Positions 27,331 through 37,975 of a stretch of DNA of 64,000 nucleotides are shown in pieces (positions within the stretch are counted from its first letter, which is position 1; each line of letters begins with the position of its first letter). The position numbers and the translations under genes are program-made. Source of the DNA: Octopus sinensis (taxonomy: Eukaryota); contig NC_043000.1 of NCBI RefSeq assembly GCF_006345805.1, forward strand, positions 123,318,001-123,382,000, in the 5' to 3' direction. Below the pieces are notes generated by a model, which did not search any database, was not told the origin of the DNA, and saw only the letters and a list, made by a program, of their open reading frames with translations.

Positions 27331-27357
27331 ATGTATGTATGTATGTATGTATGTATG

Positions 27358-27388
<31 letters not shown>

Positions 27389-27442
27389 GCATGCATGCAT
27401 GTATGTATGCATGCATGCATATATGTATGTATACATACATGC
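27331..27442. repeat. (TATG)n array grading into CATG/CATA variants
   Basis: Direct reading. Confidence 0.9.
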
Positions 27443-28129
27443 AAATTTAAAAGAATAGACATTGGCAGTTCAATCTGTGCTACACATGTTTTGGTAGCAA
27501 GACATTTTTTATTGATTACATGTGTATTATGTTATACTAATGCCTGCTACACCTCAGGCCACCAAACTGCCAAGGTAACAGAAATTGATTGCACTTACAT
27601 TCAAACAGCAAAAGCAGGGGAGAAAAAAAATCAAATGTAAGCACAATTGAACAGCACATATCCATTTTCCCAACCTTGTTGTATGTTTAGCATATGCTAT
27701 GGAGTTGTAGAGTGCCTGTTATCTTTCCTAAATTGTTCCAGTTTTGTAATAGAAGAAGAAGTATTAATTGTATTAATAGTTATCACCAAGCTAACATGGC
27801 AGTCCATGTTAGCTTGGCAATAACTATTAACACCCAGTACTGTTGCCATAGTCTCCTTTAGAGAAATTTAGAAATAATAATATTTCTATTATTATTTATT
27901 GATTAATTAACAAATCAAATCTATCAATTTTTTCCTCAGAGTATCTTATTAGCTAATTTCATGCTGCATGCTATTGAACTAACGGCCATGATTGATGTGA
28001 TCCCTACCTATTGGTGTCTATGTGTGTGTGTGTGTGTATTGACAAATCTCATACTTTCACTTTCCTCCTTTTTATTTATACTTAACATCTAGCCTCTCTT
28101 CTTGTTATATGATTTGGTGCTTTTCCCTT

Positions 28130-29100
28130 CATTTTCCTGCATTCTTTTCATGCTTGTATTTTAGCTTTATAGTTCTGTTTATTGGTTTATTGGACCATTC
28201 CACTACCATGTTAATTTCAGTTTACTAGGACTTTGTTCCTCCATAGACCTGATCTTTAACTTACAGCAAGTTGTCTTGTAGAAATCCTAGTTATAGTCCA
28301 TATTATGGGTCATTCTCTTCTTTTTGACATACACATTAACTGGTATTTATTTGAACTTACATTAAACAGAAGGATCTTTCAACTTCTATACCCTCATTCT
28401 CCAGATTACCTTGCATTTCAAAGTCCAACTAGCTCTTACTCCAATGTCACCAAGTGTTAGTCAATGATAAGCAGTACATTCTTCATTGGTGAAAGACTTA
28501 GCATGCACAACTGTCTATCCTGTTTTCTTATGTGTTTAAGGTCTATTTAGCTTGCATTTTTGCTTGAGTGATTAGCTGGCTGATTTCCTGAAGTTAATAT
28601 TGCAAATGGTATGATCATTTGCATCAGAGAACTCTAAGAGCCTTCTTCATTCACTCAGAATACTTCAGAATAGCCATTATGGTGTTGCCCAATATGTTCG
28701 TTAAAGTCATCAAGGTATAATAAGGAGGTTACTATCATGTTTTATTGCGGTAGTCTGCAAGAAGTTCTCATAGAAATGGTCCTTTCCTTCATCAATCTGA
28801 CCTGATTGCAGTGCATATGCAGAGATCAGTGCTGATATTGTGTCACCTATAACTTTTCTAAGCTTCATTATTTTGTCAGTCATCATTTAAATTCTCTAGC
28901 TCAATGTCTAGTCCCTCTAACCATGAGTAATCTCATAGAGTAGTGTAGTCTTCAGTACAACTGAGCAATCATATGAAAATTGATATTTTTGGTAGCTCCC
29001 ACTGCCTTGTTTATCTCTTTCCATAATCATGAACTACTATTCCAGAGTACTGTGAATAGCTGGTCATTATGTTATTAACTCATTACCAACTACTACAGAA
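28130..29100 (-). mobile_element. RTE-type LINE AP-endonuclease remnant
   Basis: Minus strand ISAYALQSGQIDEGKDHFYENFLQTTAIKHDSNLLII...RRLLEFSDANDHTICNINFRKSAS...AKSFTNEEC matches RTE endonuclease ISAYAPQ...LLEFCDANDL.ICNT.FRK. Confidence 0.75.
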
Positions 29101-30596
29101 ACCAATGTTGCAAGATTTTTCATGTCATGTATGATCAAAGGTTTTAGACGATGAGTAAATGACGGTTTGTCTATATATACATACTTGTTATACTCATGCA
29201 CTTGCTGGACAAAATAGCATAATACACCTTCAGTTATTCATTCCATATATTGACTCTCTAATGTCTATGGTCTGTGGGTTTGGCTTACTGAAAATATTGA
29301 TTCTTTTTCAATATGTATCATAAAATTCACACATCATAAAATGTTTATAAAAGTAGTTTATTGTAAATAACAGGCTTAGTTTATTTATTTGAAATATTAT
29401 TTCTATAGTATACCATTTACTTGCCACATTCCCTATGACCTGATATGATTATTACTTAAACATATAAATGATAATGTAAACAGCATATTTATACACTTAA
29501 ACCATACTGGTATAAACATATTTGTGTAAATATGAGGTTATAACACTAATACTACTTTACATGACCAAATAAATTCAAAGTATGTGAATGTTATAAGTTT
29601 GAAATATATTTTGATATATTGAACATAGTTACTTTTGCAATATCTTTCATGTCCACTTTCATATCTATTTCATACCAGTGGTTATCCTTTTCAGTTTGTT
29701 GTTTATTAGTGATTCTATGCTACCTTCAGCAAAGCACTTAGCTGCTTGCGTAAAAGCTTTATTATCAGGCATTTTTTTTTTCACAAATATGTTTTAACAT
29801 TAAATAATTTTAAAACAAACCTTCAAAACAATTTCTCTGTGTGTGTTTGAGAGAGGGAGAAAGAAAGAGAGGGAGAGAGAGAGCGAGGAGAGAGAGGAGA
29901 TAGAGTGAAAAAAAACACTTTCATTTTACTTCAACAAATCCTAATAAAAATTTCATTACTGGTATAAATTTTATGCTACATTTTATGTATAAATTTCAGC
30001 AAACACGAACATGTACGTTAGATGTCCATGCAGTATTTCATACCTAGATAACTTTTTGTAACATCAATTAGTTAACCTTAAAGTAAGAGTTGTATTTATT
30101 TTCATGTTAGACTGATTAGTGTAAAATAGTGTACCTGCTCATATTACAAAAATCACTTCTTACTCTAACATTTCAAACCATAACCTATAAGTCTGGTTGT
30201 TATAGTTTCCAGACTTTTTACATCTTATATAAGGTATAATATAAAGATGAATATATGCATATGGTGGGGTGCTTTAAGGGTATCATAAAAGGTTTGGTTG
30301 GAGGCCCAACTTTCTGAGTTCTTTTATGGGGCATAGAAAATTTGAGGACTGCTGCAATAAGTGTGTGAATCTGAGAGGGGAATATGTTTAATAAAATACT
30401 AATTAACTGATCCCCCTGCATTTTCTTTTGCCCAAAGCCAGGAACTTTTCAGCACACCCTCATATGTACATGTGTGTTCACAGATATTCATTTGGGAAGA
30501 AAAGTTGTTTTCTACGTGTGTACAGTGTTTGTATCATATCTTGTGTGTTTATTAATATATTTATTAACAATGAACAAATGTTTGTGTGTGTGTGTG

Positions 30597-30597
<1 letters not shown>

Positions 30598-30684
<87 letters not shown>

Positions 30685-30740
30685 AAGACAGACAGACAGA
30701 CAGACAGGCAGGCAGGCAGACAGACAGACAGACAGACAAA
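30598..30740. repeat. (AGAT)n(AGAC)n tetranucleotide array
   Basis: Direct reading. Confidence 0.95.
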
Positions 30741-31031
30741 CAGAGAGACAGATAGTTATAAAATTTAGCTATAGGGATTCTTTAAGAATCAAAACACAAC
30801 AGCATGAAAGATGCCAGACAATGGCTAGGCACAAACATGTAGAGGCCACAGTGAAATAAAACAATATTGTAGACTTCAATTGCTGGCAGAATACCATAGA
30901 TATACAAGTACCAAATCCAATTTGTAACCATTGATCCATTAATCCAGTGAATCCTTGGTGTAGCATACGTTTAAATACTAAACATGCATGGTGTTCAAAA
31001 TTTAAGACAGCTGTTTCAGTAGAATTTTATT

Positions 31032-31107
31032 TAATATACAATCCACCATCATCAAGTAAAATCTTACTTGTTCAAAATTTTACCTGATGATGGTGGATTG
31101 TATATTA
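31032..31107. repeat. 31-bp inverted repeat with 14-nt loop and one mismatch
   Basis: taatatacaatccaccatcatcaagtaaaat / attttacctgatgatggtggattgtatatta. Confidence 0.95.
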
Positions 31108-31226
31108 TGATGTAATCTTTTATGACTACCTTGAATAAAATTTTAGCAAAACAGTTGTCATAAATTTTAAATGTCATTTAAATTCATTTTATATATTCAT
31201 TTATGTATGTATGTATGCATATAGCC

Positions 31227-31391
31227 AAGTTATTCTTGGATAAGATGGAAAATATAGTATGTCTGTTAGCTCTTGCTCTTTTTTTCCACCTTCCACCGCA
31301 TGTATATATATATACATGTGGTGGAGGGTGAAAAAAAAAGAGTGAGAGCTAACAGACATACCATACTTTCCATCTTATCCAAGAGCAACTT
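31227..31391. repeat. 165-nt palindrome centred on (TA)6
   Basis: Arms of about 80 nt are complementary apart from about 9 transitions and a 1-nt indel in a T/A run. Confidence 0.95.
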
Positions 31392-34300
31392 ATGTTAGGG
31401 GAATTTGTCTTAGAAGTATTTAAATTTTTAAGTCTCTTGAGATCTGAGTCAAAAAGAAAGCGATTATAGTACCATTTTGCATGTTCTTTTATACTAGAGT
31501 GAAGGTTTTATTTAATTTGAATAATTGGTACTTAATAGTTTGGGAGAGAGGCATCTGAAAAGAATAGTCAATATACTCAACAGAATATTTGAAAGGAGAG
31601 ACAATAATAATGATAATAGGAATAAAGAATAAATTAAATAAACTTAAATGAGGACATTAGATCTTTTCTAACTGTTATAACAGCAGTTATAAAAGATGCA
31701 GTTTGACAGTGTTTTTAATTTTTCAGAAGTATTTATTAGTACATCATTTAGACAGCTTTCTTTGGCTGCATTCAAGTATATGAGTGGAGTAAATATATAA
31801 GCAATTTCTTCCACCCTGAGATGTATATGTGTATTACAAAAATTTTATCAAGTTCAAAACTGAGGTGTTCTTCAAATGCTCCAGAAGATGTTTAAAGATG
31901 CTTCATTTTTAAACAGAAAAATTATTAAACACGGAGAAGCATATGATTGAACTTAGTTTTAACAGGTTCTTTTGTACACAAACATTATATAACAACTTGT
32001 TAACAAATATAAATCAAAATATGGATTTGAAAATTTACTGTTGCTTGGATATACTTTCACTTATTGTAAGTATACATATCATATATACACTGATAGGATA
32101 AGTTGACTTATAAAATGAATGTCCTGTTTGACAGATTTTGTTCTAAACAGAACCTGTTATAAGTACACATGTGTGAAAATGTATATATCAGCACACACAA
32201 TGCTGGACATACATAAATGGCTACTTCTATATGTATGCTTTATTTTGAAGTGAAAAATCTAACCCCAGAATAGAGATATATTGATTTTCTCTAGTTGTTA
32301 TATTATTATTCTTTGGAGTATTAAATCAATTTTCTTCTGCTTTCCCTTCAGTTCTCCTGTCTTTCTGAACAGAATGCATTAAAAATAACTTCAAAACATT
32401 TATATGTACAGAAATTTTAATCCTTAGATTTTTATGAAATAAAATTTATTTTTTCATGAATAATAAAAGGAAGTTGTCTATAAAAATCTTAAATAAACAA
32501 ATTTCAGTGTTCTAAATAGAATATTCCATGTTTTTAACTAAGATTGATTCCTTTTGGGATTCTACAGGTCTAATTGTGTGTGTGGGTGTGTGAGGGTGTG
32601 TGCGTGTGTGTGTGTAGGTGTGGATGTATGTGCGTGCATACACATGCATGTGCTTGTCTGTGTGTATAAGTGTGTGATTTTATTACCTGGATTTTAGAAT
32701 CTTAGTTCTCAGAGTATATATTTTGTATTACTTGTATCAAAATAAGGTTTGTTATTATTGTTTTAATCTAGCTAGGATTTCAGTTTAGAGGAAGCATTGC
32801 TTTTGGATTATCCTAAAGAAATTTCTACAGTATTAGGTTCCAGTTTTACATGTAAAATCAAAGATTTTATTGTCATGTTCTAATAACAACTGTTACTTTC
32901 AATGAATAGTAAGGCCTGTTATTATATTCATTATTTGAATATTAATCTTAATTTAATTTCAACATGAGAATTTTAATTCATTGTAAGTTATTTGCATTAT
33001 CATAAAAACAATCAAATTATTTTGCTTTCAATTTTAAAAGTGTTTGGTTTGTTTACATTTTTGTTTTGTTTTGTTTATTTGTTTTTCTCGGAATTTACCC
33101 AAGAGTATTTGTAACAATAAATATAATCCTTTAATTTAGAGAAAAATAAAATACTTGGGTATTGTTTAATAGAACATATATGGTAGATAATGATGGATAT
33201 CCTAAAAGGAAGTAGCTGAGACAACTAAGGGGTAAATAACAGTATTATCTTAATATAATTGTTTCTAACACAGGCATTAGAGATTAGTCAACTTGACTGA
33301 TACTTTATTTTATTGAACCTGGGAAGATGATGAGTAAAGTTGATCTCAGGAAGACTTGAACTCAGGCCATAAAGAACCAGCTAATATGCTTGTGATTCTT
33401 CCAATCCACTACTCTGTGTTTGCCTATTATGATAAAAGATAACAACCTGCTATATAATAGGGAATCAAAATATTCATTGTGAAATAACTTAGAGAGTAGA
33501 ATTAGAAAATTAACAATTTATAATTTTTGCAGTGATAACCAAACTCATTATTAAAAATATAGTTGAGGCATTCCATATTTCTTGAATCTAATTCTATAAC
33601 AAATAACTATGTTGCTTTGGAATAAGGATGCTTTGAAAACTGTGTGATACAAAGATTCATGAACTAATTTTTAGAGTAAATGAATGTACCAAATCTCTAA
33701 GCTTAAGTCATGCAATACTGAAATTCATAAATCTCAATTTAACCTTATGCAAAACTATCAAATCAAGAGAATTGAAAGAGAGTATTGATTTGGCGAGAGA
33801 CTATATGATTCTCATTTTTAATCCCTTTTTGCAGTAAGACTGTCATATATAGTATCAATATTATACAGAAATCAGTGTACTTAAAATCTGTACTTCACCT
33901 ACATTGATGAATTATTTAGCCTATAACTAATGCAACATATCCTTTGGTGTTAAGATCTTTCAATGCTCATCACTATTTCTCACCCCTCTAATTCAACTCA
34001 TACTAACAAATTTACTAATATAATTTACTAGTGCTAAGGAAAAAATCTTGGACTATAATTAGAACGTTAAAACATTTTTAAATTGTTACAATAATGTTTT
34101 TAACAACAATACTTAGTGATAATTATATTGATAATGATGATATCGATTCACTATATTAAAATTCATTACTTATTACAGTAATGAATAATAGTCATAATAA
34201 AAATGATTTCATATATGGAAACAACTCTTAAGGAAACAAAAGCATCACTGATAAATATAAACTTTATCTGATGCAGAAGTAAAAAAAAAACTCATGTAAA

Positions 34301-34418
34301 ATCTGGAAATTGGATTTCAAACTTATAATTTAGCAGTCATTCTGTTACATCTTCACTCATTCTGTGTATTCAGCTTGTCATATTCTTACATTCATGTTAT
34401 CTAAATTATCTTTTACAG

Positions 34419-34523
34419 GTGAGCAAATGAGTATATTCAACAACCAAGCTTACATATACATTGGTGGAAAGAAAGATAGCTGGGACTCACAGATTCAGAA
34501 GGCATACCGTGGAGAAATATCAG
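34419..34523 (+). CDS. NRXN: Neurexin LNS6 exon (G)EQMSIFNNQAYIYIGGKKDSWDSQIQKAYRGEIS(G); 105 nt, phase 1-1
   Basis: Acceptor ttttacag| and donor TCAG|gtactt. Matches neurexin GRQLTIFNSQATIIIGG...FQGQLSG, the exon that follows AS4 in vertebrates. Confidence 0.93.
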
Positions 34524-36279
34524 GTACTTTCAGACACATTTCATTGTTACTTACTGTTGGGTTAGGGTTAGGGCAGCGGAATTATAATTAAATGTTTTCC
34601 AATTTTAACTCTCTTGTCTATTTTGAGACATAATATATTTAGCACTGCATTATCCAATATGTTCTTCCTGAAATGGTAGAGTGTCATCTGAGAGAGACTA
34701 GCTGCTATTTCTAGCAGGTTAAACAACTATTGAGAGATTCTTTCATTTGCTCATGTTTCATTGGTAATGTTGTTATGCATTTTCTCAGTCAGAATCTATT
34801 TCAAATTCAATCTAAATTTTATTAGTTTCTTAATTTGTCTGGGTCTTTTAACAAGTTCTAGTCCACCTTAAGTCTTCTTTGTCTGAAAGTCAACTCTACA
34901 AAACTTGTGATCATAGAATTTCTCCCTTTTCTTCACATTCATTCTAAGTATACGTTTTCACTACCTACAGCTTATTCTGTGAATGGTACATCTTAATCAG
35001 ATTTTGGATTTAGTGAAGTTATTCAATTTATTTCCTTCAAGTTAAATAATATCATTTTCTTTTACTAATCCTAGCCTACAACTACATGAAAGTATTTCTC
35101 ATCATATACATTATATTATCTACCTTTTATCTACGAAAGAAATTCTTTTATTGTATATATTTTCTGAATTTCCTCCAGCTTCTGCTATTGTCAGAATAAC
35201 TTTTTTTTCTGATTCATTTCAATGATATAATAGAATTTCATACATGAAACATTTCATGCTGAATTGACAAGTATTAACTAATATAATAGCCTAGATTTTT
35301 TTTTCTTTTGAGAATAATATTGTTTCTGATTTTAAAAGAAATTGTTCCAATTGTTTCTGTCACTGTGTCTCAATTTAAAGAACATTGATATACCACAATC
35401 TGTTCAGAAACCATGGATATATGAAATTATAGTATATTCCATCTGCCTTTTTATCCAATGTGTTTAAGACATGTTCAGAGACGCTGGTAACATCTGTGTG
35501 ATAAACAATATGATTGTTGTTTAACCACATGTTGGCTCTGGTTAAATAGATCTTAGATCAAAAGCATTCTAGCCAAGGCCACCCATACTTTGTTGCTTTT
35601 TAAAACATGTTTCAGATTACATTGCTTCATATGTATTTCTCTTCTGAAAATAGCAGGTTGTGATCTGTAGAGTATTGGCAGGCTATTTATAGCACATTGA
35701 ATAGGCTCCTTTCAGGGCAAACTTTATTGATGAGTTTGTATCCCAATTATTACTAATGGTTAACAACCCAGTGTGAAATTTGTGCTTCTTAGCGAGTGTT
35801 TTGTTTTTATAAGTTAATCAAAAGAGAAAGAACAGTGTTTATGACACTTGTAGGGTTCCCAGACCGATGTGTAGCAACAACATCCCATAGATATGAATAG
35901 TACACTAGCATGGATTTTATTTGAACTTTATAGATGGTTAACTTGTAAAAGATTCTGGGATTCTAAAAAAAGAATCCTAGTCTTTGTAATGCAGTTTTGA
36001 TAATGTTATTCATAAGGAAGATCATCAGATACAAAGCCTAGTATTTGTATGTGTATTAAAGGAGATAAAGTCGTCATGATTCTATTGATTGTTTCACTTG
36101 TGAGTGCATGGTGTTGGGTGTTTAGGTCATGTGTGAATGATGCTTGTGGATGTAAAGTTAAGAAATATTAAAGTATAGTATCATTTGCATAGAAGTGTCT
36201 ATAAAAGTAGAGCAGGTTCATAAATGAACAGAGTTAAATCTGAAAGATGTTACTGAACCTTAAGACACACCAGAGTTGA

Positions 36280-36318
36280 TAAGCTCCATTGGCACATGTG
36301 TAAGCTCCATTGGCACAT
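36280..36318. repeat. 21-bp-period direct duplication of taagctccattggcacat
   Basis: Two perfect 18-mers at 36280 and 36301. Confidence 0.9.
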
Positions 36319-37887
36319 AGTGCAAAGGGAAGGTATGAGAGAAAGTTTCTAATCTGATGGATATAGAGCATACCCAGAAAGTTTTTTCCTAAACATGATC
36401 TGCAATTTTGCTGATATTAAGTGTAATGGTGTAAAAATTATATCTTTTAATGTGTCACATTTGGTTGTAAATAAATAGATTTTAGTGAAGGAGGTTTTAA
36501 TACTTAAGTGAATGAATTCCCTTGTATATTATTTGTTTCTGGAATAATTGTTAGAATAATAGATAAGTAGGTTGCTTAACATTTAGGAGCAACCCATAAT
36601 TCTTGGTTGTTTTGTGAGAGAAAGATCATTGCACTTTTAGAAGGTACTCAGTATACTGAGTCATCAATTTATTCTGAGTCATTTAATGTTTCTTTTCTTT
36701 ATAATGAAGTTCATAATAATATTATTGGCAATGCCAAGGATATGAGATTTCTTTTTGTGTGTGGAATGACAATATTGTCCAAGTGTTCCTCAAGGTACAA
36801 AATGATAATTTCTTAAATTACTAGTGAATGGGATAACAGTGAAATTGTTTTGTGGTGCAGTTAATCTATTTTAGAGTGTCAAAACATATAAATGATACCA
36901 GAGTATTGATATGGAAACAGTTGCTAATGACTAAAAGAAAATCCTTACCATTAGTATCTTGATTTTAGAATAGGTATACTACATCCCTGTATCTAGAAGT
37001 GTTGGCAAAGTGGAGGCTGTAAAATACTGCTGCAGAGGATCTGTCTAACTCATGCTACTTAAAACAATAACTTAACTTACAAGGAAACTTAAACTGAAAC
37101 AAAAAAAAAGCTAATGTAACAAATTTTACAACCTTCTCTACAAATGTTTTCTAAATGAGAACATTTATTGGTTTTATCTTGTAGTTTAGTTTTTCTTTTC
37201 ATTTAACAATGTTATATTATTTTAAGAATTCACTTCTTATCTTTACTCATTCAGAAGTCTTGATGTTGAATTTCTGGTGAATTTGAATTATTTTTCCATC
37301 TTAAATTGTACTAATTTTACCTTATGTTTTACAGTCTATATCTGTTCATCAAAATTAATCTTTAGTCCTAGATCAACAATAAAATTGCATCTTTCAAAAG
37401 CATGAGCTAATGTTTTTCTTCAAAACAGCATCTGATACTGAAAATTCGCTAAATCAAAACAACTGATAGAATCTTTATTTCTATCTCTTATGCTCCTTCC
37501 TAGAGTATAAACAACCAATACAAACAATCCCTGATCTTTGAAAGTTCATGCAAATTATTAACCCTGAATCACTTGCCTACTAATCCCACATTGCAATTTC
37601 AAAAGAACCATTGAACTAAGAATTTAACACTTTTTTCTAGAATACAAATCAAAAATTATGTCTTCTCTAAAGTTACTTCTTCCTTTCTTTAACATAATCT
37701 GCAATGGTATAGAATAACTAAAAAAATATATCAGACCTAACACACATTTGTACTCCTTAGCTAGATCATTGTTCTACACTAAACTGAATTTTATGAAATC
37801 ATTTCATTTGTCCATTATACTTAATATCTTTAATATCTTTTATTTATCAAGGATTATTCTAAGTGATTCATCTGTATTTAATTTCAG

Positions 37888-37975
37888 GTTTAGTCTTTAA
37901 TGGACTCAAAGTTCTTGACATGGCTGCTGCCAACAACTCCAGAATATCCATAGAAGGGAATGTAAAATTGGTGAA
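37888..37975 (+). CDS. NRXN: Neurexin LNS6 end exon (G)[28 protein letters not shown](K); 88 nt, phase 1-2
   Basis: Acceptor atttcag| and donor GTGAA|gtatgt. Near-identical to neurexin [29 protein letters not shown]. Confidence 0.93.

Noticed and set aside
36540-36830. ORF 36607-36816 and a 16-bp palindrome actcagtatactgagt
   Set aside because: The ORF has no recognisable product, and the minus strand has only a faint PQG..LGPILF-like RT trace. The palindrome has no loop and is short.
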